64,000 nucleotides of DNA from Lama guanicoe (Eukaryota). Each line of letters starts with the position of its first letter. Within the stretch, counting starts at the first letter, position 1. Shown in pieces: positions 51,529-64,000 of the stretch. A program made the position numbers and the translations under genes. The notes beneath the pieces are model-generated. The model was not told the origin of the DNA. It did no database searches and was given only the letters and a program-made list of their open reading frames with translations. Location: the NCBI GenBank assembly GCA_013239625.1, contig MU054117.1, positions 4,082,677 to 4,146,676 of the forward strand, written 5' to 3'.

Positions 51529-53859
51529 GAAGGAAGGAGAGAAGGAAGGGAGGGAGGGAAATTTTTCACGAGGAATTTGAGCCACTGCCCAGTGTGCCCG
51601 AGGCAAACAATTCAACAGTAATGTAACCACATCTTTTCTCTCATTTTTAAGTATTTTGGGGATAAGAAAATTAAAACTGATGTCACCTGAGAAAATAAGG
51701 AATCAGGTCTGAGGATCTGAAAGTTTGGAAAACTCACCTTGGAAAATGTGGCTAGAAGGGGGATTAAGGACGCGGCCCCAGGAGGCACGTGTCTTTGATT
51801 TCCTTTTATAATCTCCTTTGAACTCTTTGTACTCCGATCTCCCAGTCCCTGCAGGAATTTCCTTCAAGTCCTCTGGAAAGAGAACCCCGTCCCTCCAGAG
51901 CACTTTGCTCCAACTGGAAACAAGTGGCGCCTTCCCTCCATCCTGATGAATCGCGGGCCTGGCTATTATTTATTAGTTTTATTTCTAAAAACAGCCGGTG
52001 CCTATGCTTTTAGGGCCAGGAGCCATCATAAATAATGGGCGTTTCCAATAAACAATCCAAATCCTCTCGCGAGGCCGATAAATCACCTTGGAGAAGCTGT
52101 GCGGCCACGCTGGGTGAGTTGCTGAGGCTTCTGGGGAAGGAGGGCCTCGGAGAGCCCCTCTCAGGGAGGGAGAGAATGGGGGTCCCCGGAGCTCCATGTG
52201 ACTTCTGGGTCCTATGACAGCAACTCTATGTCTGAAGAAATAGGACACGTTTTCACAGAGCCCCCTGGGGTGGGAGGTAGGGCCACTGGGCACCATTCCC
52301 TCACAGGACAAGGATCTGGAGGGGATCGAATCTGAGCCCGCAAGAAAATAGCCCAGCCTTGTGCTTCATAAAACTCCAAATAAAGTGCCTTTAGAGATCA
52401 ATTGCTACAGGGATGGAGAGGAGGAGAGTCAACCCATAGAGCACGTGACAAGGTAGAATGCAACACTTCTCTATCAGGCATATGCTCCTGAAATCCCACC
52501 GCCTCCAGGAAGCCCCCTAGGGTTGATGGGAGGCCATTCTGAGAGTTTCACCTGCTCCAGGCCAGTTGGAGCAGACTGTGGACAGACTGCAGACTCCAGG
52601 ACTAGGAGGGACCACTGGAGAGTATTCCTGTGCAGAGCTGTTACCCACCCACCCCTGCTTTCTTTAAAGTGTTAAACCTCTGGTGCATTGTGTCATGAAA
52701 AAATATGAGTATGAACGACCCAGCTGTAAACTGCCTTGGAAAATAATTAGTATGAAAGCCCAAGTGAGTCCCAGGGGGCAGCTCTGAATGTGAAGTCCCC
52801 AGCGCTGCATCCTAATCACATGGAAACAGCATGGCCAGCGGGAGAATGTCCGCTGCAGAATCTGAATACGGAGGAGCAGCTCGCCCTGACTGGTGTCCCC
52901 AGCCATCCAGCAGGCCCAGAATGATGGGGACAAGACAAAACGCGGAGAGGTCCAGGTGTGCATTTCAGCCAGTTCCAGCCCTGCCACCGCTCGCGGCGGG
53001 ATGGAGGGCCCGGCCCTGCGCGGCTGAGTCAGAAAGCGGAGGCGCCGGCTCCTCCCCCTGCCTCTCCCCTAGGGCACGTGAAGCTTTTGCAAACAGCAGT
53101 GTTTCCTGACAGCCCAACCATCTGGCCTTCCCTCCATATGTGAGTGTGCGGGTGTGTTGGGGTGTTGGGGTCGGTGGGTGGGGTGTCTCAGCCTCCCGTG
53201 TGATGTTGCTGCCTTGTTTACGCCGTCGGGAGGGAACCACCGCGCAGAGCCCGCCATCTGAATAATTACGCAGCAGTGCACTGCCAGAGGGCGCCCAGAG
53301 CCCCAGAGCTGGAGGTGAAGGCTGGCGGGTCCTCAGCTGCGCCCATGGCCCTAGAGCGCTCTGAGCACCAGGGGCCCCACCCTCAGAGTCAGGGACATGG
53401 CTCCCACTCCCTGACAAAGGGACAGGAGACCACTGCGCTGACCAGCAGCTCCAGGCGACAGCATCCCAGGGCATCTCATTTTAAAGAAAGGGGACACAAA
53501 AGGAAGGGAGAGACTGAGACAGAGAGCAGGGTTCTGTGACAGGTCAGCCACGAGAACTCCAAACCCAGTGCCCACCGTGTGCCCGGCACTGTACAGGCAC
53601 TCACCACGGGGCCCCCACCCTACTGTGACAACTGCTCTGGGAAGATGTTCCCGCTGTGGCACAGACAGGAGCAGGGAGAGCACGGCGGTGTGACCATTCA
53701 GGACCACAGACACAACAGCGGGGGAGCCATCTCACAGACACACTCACCAAGCCCCCAGCGAGGAGGGGGAATAATTCCACCCACAGCCCATCCCCTCAAG
53801 TCTCCCCAGGGGAAGGCAACCCAAAGGGATGTGTCCACCTCTTCCATCACTATCTTTTC

Positions 53860-54690
53860 TATTTCAACAAATGTCCATCAAGTGACTGCTGTGTGCCAGG
53901 CACTGGGCTCTGGGAATAAATACAGCGGTGCGCCCAACTGCCGCGGAGCTTACAGTCCAGCAAAGGAGCGGACGGGTACCGCCCCGTGGGAGAGCAGAGT
54001 GCTACAGGAATCCGCAGGGAGATGCGGGGAGCGGGTGACGGGAAGGCTGTTTTAGTCCGAGTGGTCAGGGAAGGTCTCTGAGGACGCGACCTCACAGGGG
54101 ACACCCGGCTGATGAGGAGGGACTGGGGAGGGCTCCAGCAGGCGGCAGCAGCCAGGGCAAAGGCCCGGGGACAGGAGAGACCCAAGGGTGTCTCCCTTGG
54201 ACGACAGGTCCCAGGGACTGGCGCGTTCGGAGCAAGGAGAAAGCAGGCGACTGGGGCAGGCGGGACCCTGCAGCCACAGGAAGGACTGGAGATCCACCGG
54301 ACACTCGGCCGGAAGTCACCTGAGGGTCTGGGGTGGGCGGGGAGAGGTACAGGAATGTTAAGTGTCAGAAGGATCACAGGAAACGAGCTGTGTCTGTGTG
54401 GGCGTGGAACAGGGACAGACCAGGAAGCAGAAAGGAAAACCAGGAGCGCCTGGCTGTCTAGGCAGGACACGGCCAGTACGGAGGGAACTTGTGAAGGTGA
54501 TGAGAGCTGGGACACGTTTGAAGGTGGGCAGACACACTGACCAGACTGGACTCCAGGGGTGAGAAGGAGAGAGGGACCTAGGAGGTTTTGTAAGAGCATG
54601 AGACGGGTGGGCGGTGCCTTTTCCTGAGATGGGAAGTAGGATGGAAGCAACAGGTTTGGAGAGACAAGGAAGAGCTCGAAGTCAGATGCA
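53860..54690 (-). mobile_element. L2 LINE relic
   Basis: ttcaacaaat...tgtgtgccaggcactggg start, then gtggtcagggaaggtctctgagga and other L2 3' motifs. Confidence 0.65.
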
Positions 54691-55357
54691 CTGAGTCCCT
54701 GGACCCACGTCCTCTCTCCCCACCACCTGAGTCGTGCCCCGAGGTGGGCAGGGCACTGTTTGGACTGAAAACCATCCTTCAAAGTATCCGGCCAGCTTTG
54801 AGGAATCAGAATCCCAAGCAAGTCCTGGCCTCAACGTGGAGAAGGGACTGAGTGGCTTCCCGAGGCCTCCCTGCTCTGGGCCTCCGTGTCCTACAACAGG
54901 CTTAACAAGGCTGTGACAGAGGCCTGGAGGAGGACCCTGGGCTGGAGGGCAGAACATTCTATCCCAGTTTTCCCAGACTCGTGATAAATCACCTTGGTGA
55001 ACCTCACCATCCTAATTCCTAAAATGGCACCTTCCTGAAACATCTGTTGTGAAGATCGAGGGCAAGCATGGAAAACGCCAGGCACAGTGTAGGTCTCCAA
55101 CACTGGCCCTTAGTATGACAGCGCAGCAAGGCACCCAGTCAGACCTTCAATTGTGCCCTTGTTTCCTCTTCTTTGGTGAGAGAGGTGCCAGCAAGTCACC
55201 CCCAAATCTCTGACCAGTCCTCTCAGAAGGCTGGGATGGGCACTTGGGTATCACCTGGGGTGACGAGGGCCCCTGTGGTCACTAAAGGCCACCTCCCTCA
55301 AAGAGACGTGGGATGGGGTATCCTTAGATCGAATGAGTTTTAAAAATTTAAGAAGAC

Positions 55358-55887
55358 CAATTTACAATAGCCAAGACATGGAAGCAACCTAAGTGTGCAT
55401 CGAAAGATGACCAGATAAAGAAGATGTGGCCTATGTGTACAATGGAATATTACTTTACCATAAAAAGAAGGAAATGATGCCATTTGCAGCAACATGGATG
55501 GACCTAGAGATGATCATACTAAATGACAGAGAAAGACGAATATCATGTGATGTCACTTATATGTGGACTCTAAGAAAAATTACACAAATGAATTTGTTTA
55601 TAACACAGAGACTCACAGACATGGAAAACACACTTATGGTTACCAAAGGGAAAAGGGAAGGGGAGGGATAAATTAAGCGTTTGAGACTGGCAGATAAAAA
55701 CCACCACATATAAAGTAGATAAACAATGAGGCTTCTAATGCACATCACAGGGAACTACATTCAAAAGTCTTATAATAACCTATAATGAAAAAGAATACAT
55801 ATGTATATGTATAACTGAATCACTATGCTGTATACCAGAAACTAACACAATATTGTAAATTAACTAAACTTCAATTTAAAAAAAAAA
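55358..55887 (+). mobile_element. L1 3' fragment (ORF2 tail and 3' UTR, poly-A)
   Basis: tttacaatagccaagacatggaagcaacctaagtg...ccagaaactaacacaatattgtaaat...aaaaaaaaaa. The ORF track shows the degenerate ORF2 tail MPFAATWMDLE. Confidence 0.9.
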
Positions 55888-56274
55888 GCTTAAGAAGCTG
55901 AATGTAACGAGGGTGGATTTCCAGGGGAAGAGAGTCCTTGGTTCTGGGTCTGTGGTGGATTTGACACCCCGGAGATGGGGATGGAGGTGTTCTGTGTCCT
56001 GAAAGCGGGGTCCCTGACAGCTGCAGACCCTCGACTGAGCTGCCTCTGAAGGAAAGCATCGTCCTTCTTTGAAGAGCCCAGTGGCCCGTCTGGGACCTGC
56101 AGTGAGGAGAGACCGTCTCAGCAGTCGTCCAGCCTCTCCTGTCAGACGGGACAGGGCCAGCATCCAGCAGCAACGCTGTAGAGCAGCGAGACGAAGGAGT
56201 GAAGGGCGGGCCTTACTCCAGGTATTTCCTGTGCAAGCGTGGACGTTGGCCTGACCCCCCCCCCCGCCGCTAGG

Positions 56275-56610
56275 CAGAAGCCCAGCAGGAAACAGAATGA
56301 CCCTCAGAGGGTTCAAAGGAAGTGATTTTAATGAAGGTACTACTTACAGCAGCAAAGGGACAAGAGAGGAAGTGGTGTTACTGGAGCCCAAGAAGGACCA
56401 GCAGAAGCTGTAATTATGAAAGGATGCAGTCTAGCCAGACATGATGGAGAACCAGGGAAGACCTAGCCCCAACTGCCTCTCCTCTGCTCTCTAAGTTCCT
56501 TCCATTGCTTCCTACCGGCTGAACCCAGCATGGGGGAGCCCGGGCGACACGGTCAAGGTGCAGAACATGGTGGAGAAGGACGAAGAAGGGACCTGGAGGG
56601 AAAACACGGC
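56275..56610 (-). mobile_element. Possible old ERVL LTR (LTR33/LTR16-like)
   Basis: cccagcaggaaacaga...ttttaatgaagg and cctaccggctgaacccagc motifs resemble the reverse of this class. Confidence 0.4.
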
Positions 56611-58739
56611 CAACAGAATGACCACCATGACTCCCTTCCCTTCTCATGGATGAGGCTCTGGGTTCTTAGAAAACTCAAAGAAAGGGAAAGGAACGCACAG
56701 GGCTTCTGGCTAAAAGAAGAGATGAGTGCTTCAGAGATGAACTGGAAAAGTAAGAGACATGTTCACAGTTAGAGCTCGAGTTTGGAAGGAATTCTTAGCA
56801 GTTACATTAAACTATTATAAGTAGCAGGGTTACTAATAATAGTCCCATATAACTGGAATGAATTGTTCTGCAGGCTTGGGCCATGACCAGGATCACGTCT
56901 GCCGGATTATTAGCAGCAGGCTCCTCCATCCCCCCTCTTCTCAGACCACATTTTCAGTTACTTTAAGTCAGCATCACGGAGGGAGGTGCTCTCAGACAAT
57001 GGCAGAATCCACTCTGGCCACACCCGTCCCCTGGCCTCGCAATGGGACAGGCAGGGGGCCACCCAGGGAGTCAGGAGCTGGTGGCAGAGCAGGAAGACAA
57101 CCCAGCAGACCTGGGGGCCAGATTTCAAATTGCCAGGACTGTGGTTCCCCCCCTCCCCGGGAAGGAGCAGGTCCCAGCCCAGCCCACAGGCATCCACACA
57201 TACCCACACGCACACACATGCACCCACACGGCCCTTGCTCCGGAAGCACGCTCCCGCGCGGGCTCAGACTACAAGGAAGCCAAGTCCCCTGCCCCCATGC
57301 TTGGAGCCCATAAAGGAGCCCTTCATGCTCTGAACACACACTTGTCCACATCTGATAGGAAATTAAACCCATCCCGCCATACCCCAAATGCTCCTCTTTA
57401 AAGACGCTGATGTCTCTGTAGCAGGAGGATACTGCCTGTGTTGGGAATGGCTTAGAACTGGATGGAAAACCCTACACTTGGGACTTCCTAACCATATTCC
57501 AATTCTTCAAAACAGGTTTTTAAATTTAATAAAGTATGTGGGACCCCCAGCCTGTGAACCTGCAGAGGCGCCCTCCTGTCTGGGGGCCTGCACCAGCTCT
57601 GCAGGGAACACTTGGGAACTCTCTGGGGTTGCTGACACCAGCTGTTTGCACCTGCTGAGCAAAGCGCGTGGTCACAGCCTCCTCAAAAACCAGCAGGCCT
57701 GGGGCAGTGAGCCAGAAGGGTGAACCCGGCGTGAGAATGAGGAAGGAAGCCCCGAACTCGGCAGGACCCTCACTCCCCGAGGGCCGTCACCCCAGCTTTA
57801 GGCCCCGTGGACCGGGGGCTCTGAAGCCACACCTCTGCCTGCAGGTACCCCGGTCACGCCCTGCTGTGCACGACCGTCTCGTGAGCCTGCAAACGCTGCT
57901 TTGCGTCAAGTCTTTGCATCTCCTCATTGCTTCTTCAACCACCACCCCATCGTGGCAACTCTGCATCCCCTGATTCATCTCAAAACTTCCTCAAATCCTT
58001 CCGTCAGCAGGCAGGGTGGATACACCAGCATCCACGTTAGCCTCTACTGTGCTTTCAGATGCCTAGTCTACGGGCACCCCTTGAAGGACAAATCTGAATG
58101 CGTGCGTGGAGACAGACGTATTTCACCGGCAAGGGCATCGACGAGCGTGTGCTGACACCAGCAGGGCGCCGGGCGGTGGAGGGGAGCAGACACGGAAGGC
58201 AGCGGAGCAGCTGCTCCCGGGCTTTGTAGCCTGGCGGGAGCACGTGGCTGAGATCTTTCCTGCTCAGAACGACCACGTGCTCCCGCACATTTCCAGCCTC
58301 TTCCCCACCAGGCTGGTTCTAGCCAGTGTGCCATGAGCAGAAGCGAGGAACCCTCCAGCGCTCTCTGTCCCTAACATGGTGTCCATGTGGCCCGGGTCAG
58401 TCTGGGTCCTTGAGCAACCGTGTGAAGCAGAGACCCTGGCCTGTCACATCAGACACACAGCATGAGCAAGAACAGATAGACAACTTCAGGCGATGCAACC
58501 GGGACTGGATGATGAGCAGAGGGCCTGGCGGCGCCCTGTCTGCTCTCATACTGGGAGACACACGCCCAGATATGGGAATGACGCAGACAGCACATGAGAC
58601 ACTCCTCAGGGTGGAGCACACAAGACTCTCCAAGCCGCCCCCCAGCCTGCTGGCTCACAATCCCCCGTCCGTGGTACTGTCCCCGCTGCTTTTGCCTTGG
58701 CTGCTCTGTCCCGTCGCCTCTGCCTCTGCAGAGGGCCCT

Positions 58740-59045
58740 CCCTCCAGATCTCTGTGTGGCTGGTCCCCTCTGCCCCACTCGGGTCTCAGCTATCATGCTA
58801 CCACCTGGACAGGCCTTTCCAGACCACCTGAACTGAAGTACAAGACCCCAAACCACCCTCCCTTCGCCCTGTTCTGCTCTTTCGTGCTCTATGCACTGTT
58901 CCTGCTTACTGACCATCCTTCCCCTCCAGCGTAAGCACAGGAGAGTCGGGACCACGTCTTTCCTGTCCACTCTGCATTCCCAGAATCGGGCCTGGCACAA
59001 AGAGGGCACTTAAGCACCAGCTGAGCAATGAACAAGTGAACGAGT
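58740..59045 (+). mobile_element. L2 LINE 3' relic
   Basis: ggcctttccagaccac...cctggcacaaagagggcacttaag...atgaacaagtgaa. Confidence 0.6.
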
Positions 59046-62000
59046 GGTCTGTGCCCGCAGAGTTCAGGGGTGGGTGGAGGACACCCACTGAGGATCCAGA
59101 AAAAAATTCGTAGGGGTAGCAACCTGCAGAGGTCCTTTAAGGGGAGGGTCACTGAGGGTCATTACAACAGTCACTGCAGCCTGAGTGAAGCACGGGGCAG
59201 TCTGGGGTGACCGCGAATTGAGTGGTCGGCGGGGCTGGAGGAGGACACTGGGAAGATGCTAGTTTATATCTGACTTAAGGGCACAAGGAACCTCCCGGGG
59301 TGGGGAAGTGGGGAGAAGGGGAGGGATGTGTTCCCACTGTTTGAGAAAGGCTGACCGGGTGGGATTTCCAAGATAGAGGTCCCCAGGAAGAGGCTGAAGA
59401 CCAAGGCATAGTCACTGGGCTAGAACAACAGTCCAGACAGGGTGATGATCAGCAGAGAAGGAGGAGGAAAATGATGAAGGAAGGAGCAATAAAACCTGGT
59501 CCAGGAAAGTTCCCTGTTGGCCCAGGGCCACACAGCTGGGGTGGGAGGGAGGAGAAGCGGGGTCTAGAATTCACGGTCCTTTCCACAGGGCTCCCACACT
59601 TAAGTGGTCCTTCCACGATACCCCGGCACCTCCTGAGCCCTCTGGGTACATTCAGTCTGAGACAGACGAGAACAGCAACCCGGAGCCATGCCCACATGGG
59701 GTCCCGAGTGGGGTCCTGACCCACCACTTGGGTCCCGAGAGCAAGAAATGCACATCAAACAGCACAAAAGACATTCGCAGTTTAGAAGCAGAACCTGAAG
59801 CTGAACCTCACTCAGCAAAATGAGGACGTGACACTTCCCTTGATGACCACACAGAGTTTCCACGAAGACGAGATGGGTTAACCGAATCTGCTTTCAATAG
59901 AAAAACGCTTTATGAGCGAGCATCGCTCACACAAAGAACAAAAGGCACTTGTAAGAACTCCACCTCCTGTCCAGCGCACGACTTTCTTACGCAGCACTGG
60001 ACGTCGGCTTCCCAGCCCGGAGGAGCCTGAACTTTTGGGTGAGGAACGGGGGGCTATTAGAAACGGTGGACGCAGCTTCACGGGAGGAAACGCGCTTCCC
60101 GGCCCAGCGCAGAGAGGACGCGCCCCGCCTGGCGCAGGGGACGTGCTCCCTAGACACTCGCTGGGGAGTGTCTGAGTGTGGACTCTCTACTCCTCCTCTG
60201 CCTTCAGCGCTTTCTGGAGCCGCGTAAGGAATGTGAAATAAAGTGACACGAATGGACCGCAGGTAGTCTCATTCGTGCATCTTGCATCACTGCCAGCTTC
60301 CCGTTCCTCTGTCCCTACTTCCTGTCCGTGCCTCGATCATGTCCTTCATAAGAGATCTTCCTGCCTCGTCCCCCACCCCGCCCCGTGGCATCCCACATCC
60401 CTCGGGAGGCATTCTGCAAACGTACAGCTCCCAACACATCATACCCTTCGAAACCCATGCCGGGGCGGCGGGGCAGGAGCTCTAGGGGACATTTGTTTCC
60501 ACTCCTGCCTGTCCCCTGTGATTAGCTGTGATCCCCCGCCTTCTCTCCCCACCTCACTCTTTTCCTCTCTCGATGGGGAGAGGCAGAAGAGCGCAGCCCC
60601 TCTGTCGGCGTGGAAGGTGACCCAGGTGTCCCTCGTCTGCCCCCTGCTCTGCCCTTTCGGGGGATGCACAGGGCGGGCAGGAGGCAGGCGTTCTTCTGTG
60701 AACCGCACATCCTCATCCTGTGCTCACACGTGCAGGGCTGCTGCCCACTGTTGCCCCACTGGGGGGGGCAAGCCCGCCTGGAAGCTGGTACTGGGGACCC
60801 TACTCGGCTCTCTTGCTAAGTGCTTCCTCCCGAAAAGACTTTTCCAGCTTTCAAGGTGGAAGCTTAGCTTTTGTCTGCAACTGCTTTTGCCTTATTTCTC
60901 CGCTGGCTCAGTCATCAGGCCAGGGAGGTGGTCCTTTTTACTGGATGCCCCTTAGAGCTTCAGCAAAAACTTTTCTTTCCACCGTCTCCGAAATTAAGCG
61001 GAGTCCTCGGCCTGACGTTCGAGGTCTTTCACCAAAAAGCCTGGGCTCAGGCCACTCTCCTGGCCCAGTTTCCCTCCGCACTGTGCCCTGGACACGCCAG
61101 GACCCCCGAGCAAGACCCTGGGCTCCTCTGGCGTCCCGGACACGCTCCGTGTTCTCTTTCTTCCATCTGCTGAGTCCTGCTCCAATGACTCCCGGCGTTT
61201 AGGTCCCCAAATCCTACCAGTCGTGCAAGCACAGCCCACGGGCCACTCCTCCCTGGGCCCTTCCTGACCCTGATGGTCAGAGTTCCCCCTGCGGTGCCAT
61301 ACTTCTCATTCTGCCTCCTTTGCCAGGAACCTTCCCCTCCTCCTGCCCTCCCCTCCTCCCTCCGCGTGCCAGTCTGCCGTCCACTCATCTCTGAGCTCTC
61401 CAACCAGACGCCCCCACTCGGGGCCTCCCCTGAGCCCACTGGGAGTGTGGGATGCTCTTAAGGGCGCCATGGAATCCTGGGTCCCAGCAAATGCACGGAA
61501 GTCAAATCCTCTGCTCACTGTTCTCAAGAAACATATGAAGGAATACAGATAACACTTACATGTAAATATGTACGTGCCCCAAGTGACAGAACGGCTGGAT
61601 GGGAAATCGTCTGCACCCCCACAGAAACCAAAGTCAGTGCCCACTGTGAGCAGGGACCACGCTGGGACAAGGCACTTCAAGGCTCACTGGCATGAGTGAA
61701 TCCTTTCTGGAATCCTCTGAGCCTCCAGGAAAGGCTCTCTTGAAGTGGGGGTTATCCTGAGCCTGTTTGCAGCTGGTTGGGCCGTTAATGACATCCTATC
61801 ACGAATTCAACTCCCCTAAGATGAGGGAGAGGCTGAGACTCCCAGACGGTCCCTGGATTCAGCGCGGGAAAGAGCTGAGACCAAGCCACCCAGGATAAAG
61901 ACGAGGCGGTCCCAGCCCCCAGCCCCCCACCCCCACCCCCTGTCTAAGCGGCAGAAAGTGGTGCTCAGGCAACAGCAGCCTGGGGCTCGAATGACACGTC

Positions 62001-62509
62001 TGAATATCGAGGCCACCGCATTTTTCTCACTGGCCTGAAGCCTGGGAAGCTTGATACGCTGCTTTGAAGTCTGCTCGGGGCAGGGGAGTGCGTGGATTTG
62101 CCGGGCCTCCGACAGTAAGAGGGTGGATAAGACCCTCTCGGGCTCAAGTGTCAGGAGACTTTCCCAACTTTATAAACACTGCTGGGAAAGTGGGGAGCAC
62201 TCAGACCTGCCGTTTTCAGCAGGAGGCCTTGAACACTTCTTGCTTCGAGGTTGGGCTGAAAAGTCTGGACCCCACGATTCATCTACGGGGGCAGCGAGGC
62301 CGCCAGCGTAGGCCAGGGGACTATTGCTCGAGAATGTTCTGGGAAAGATCCCTGCCTGGGCGGAGGGGGCCTTACAAGACACATCCCATTTCCTCATTTC
62401 TCCAATTAAAACACACTGTACCTCCTTTTCTAAATCTTGGGCCACTGCCCTCCAACACCCTGCACACATTCATTGAGTTGCCCACGTTCAGACCACAGGA
62501 AGACGGTAC

Positions 62510-62705
62510 CGATTTTGGTGAGCCACTTGGCCACAGCGCCGTAGATCTCGTCCAGGATGAGGATGACCACGAGGTTGATGATGACCGCCGTGGCTGTCAC
62601 CGTCACCCGGACATTGGAGCGTGTGGCCTTGTTGAGAGACAGAGCAGCTGCGGTGGTGATGCGGTACACGATGACCCCGAAGACAATGGAGAAGGTCAGC
62701 GCGAT
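62510..62705 (-). CDS. ANO2: ANO2 coding exon A (10th from last; end of TM3 and TM4)
   Basis: Translates [65 protein letters not shown]. Acceptor cttccctgaacag|ATC, donor ATCG|gtaccg. 196 nt, phase 0->1. Confidence 0.96.
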
Positions 62706-62923
62706 CTGTTCAGGGAAGCAGGGAGAGTCTCAGGTCAGCGGACGGTCCTCACACACCCATCCCTCACTCGGCCAACGGTCCTGTCACATGGGGTACTGCT
62801 AATCTGGAGTCCCCTGGCGGGTGACAGAGCACAGCAAACCCTTTGAACTCCTGCAAACTCCAAGCATGGGTGCATCTTCCAGGAGAGAATGTCGTATTTT
62901 TATCAGATTTCAAATGTCCTACA

Positions 62924-62941
62924 ACACACACACACACACAC
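62924..62941. repeat. (AC)9 microsatellite
   Basis: Read directly from the sequence. Confidence 0.85.
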
Positions 62942-64000
62942 TAAGGTTCCCAGTGGGGAGAGGGAAGGGCGAGGGGGAAAGGGGTTATGATATGAAATCA
63001 GGAGTGAAACTTTCGAAAATTGCAAAGCACTATAGAATTTAAAGAATCTTTCACTCAACTCAAAAAAATTGCAAAACCTATTCAGAAGTCTTATAAATAA
63101 AAACTAATATATAAAAATATAGAAACAAAAAACCACCTAGGAATGAAACCCTGGACACCGTGGTGTGCCCATCACACAGGGTGTGATTTCTTAGAGAGTC
63201 TTCAATGGACTCCGAGGCTAAGTTCCACCATAGTAAACAACAGCTCGGGATGCGGTCAGTGCCAAGCAAAGAAGGTAGCTGTTAATGGGACTGAGGACAC
63301 AGAGGAGCGAGGGGAACCGGGGGTCAGGGAGGAGTCTGTGGAGCAAGCACATTTAAAGCATGCCTTCAGCAAGAGGCAACAGGGAGCCACCGAAGGTGCT
63401 TGAGCTGAGAAGGGGCGAGTTAGAACTCGATGGGGTGGGTGGGAGAAGGTTGCCAAAGGAGGGAAGGGGGAAAGAAACTCAGAGTGACAGTTTGAGAGCC
63501 TCAGTCCTCAAGGTGAACAAAGTATGGCTCTAAGATTTCTCTACCAGGCGACCAGAAATGGAGAACTCAGATTTCTCAGTGGGTGCAGACATCTTTGGCC
63601 ACTACATTTAAAAGGAAAGTTTACCAGCCACGTGACCTCGAGGGCCACTCACCCCCCATTTCTTTTTTCCAGAACCTGAGAATGATAAGGCGCCACCTTC
63701 TGTCTCATCACAACCAAGGAAGGGTGGATCCAATGAAGCACAGGTATGTGAAGAGAAGGCAGTGGCCCCAGTGGGCCTCTGAGGGGGGCCGAGGGAGGTC
63801 AGGGAACTGCTGGGTGCATGGCCCCCTCAGAGCAAAATTCTAATTCGTTTCAGTCAAGTGACGTCTTCCTTGTTAGAATTCTTTCATCAAAGGAGGTGGT
63901 TCCGGTCCTGTTTCCTCTGGGGGCAGGGAAGGAGGGTGGCCGCTGGCCGTGGAGGGCCAAACAGAAAACGTGGGGCGAGAACTGGACAGGTCAACGGGTT

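Noticed and set aside
53859..54821. 320-aa ORF on the minus strand
   Set aside because: Overlaps an L2 relic, has low-complexity Pro/Ser/Leu composition and shows no recognisable domain.
62064..62846. Plus-strand 260-aa ORF (likewise 5704-6372 and 18465-18896)
   Set aside because: Antisense shadows of GC3-rich ANO2 exons.
62706..64000. Further upstream ANO2 exon
   Set aside because: No anoctamin-like translation found; the preceding exon lies outside the window.
1..64000. CRISPR arrays, operons, or intact transposase/RT/gag-pol genes
   Set aside because: Spliced mammalian locus. No regularly spaced repeats or intact mobile-element ORFs were seen.

Overview
Mammalian genomic DNA, most likely camelid (inferred from tRNA-Ala-derived SINEs). 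It holds the 3' half of ANO2 (anoctamin-2/TMEM16B, Ca2+-activated Cl- channel) on the minus strand. Ten coding exons run from 62705 down to the TGA at 5937-5939 and splice, with consistent phases, into 1380 nt (459 aa + stop; TM3 to the C-terminal PDZ ligand HTNV). A ~0.6 kb 3' UTR ends near AATAAA at 5352-5357, followed by ~5 kb of downstream flank. The introns carry solo LTRs (the eight well-defined ones are all antisense to the gene), L1 3' fragments, a MER58A-like transposon split by an L1, L2/MIR relics and microsatellites. Nearly all ORFs in the supplied track are chance ORFs in GC-rich non-coding DNA. I see no convincing new biological system. The best second-look items are a GC-AG mini-intron, an LTR 47 nt from an exon, nested and minimal retroinsertions with TSDs, an intronic CpG cluster and several splicing or regulatory hypotheses. 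Protein and repeat names come from recalled sequences, not database searches.
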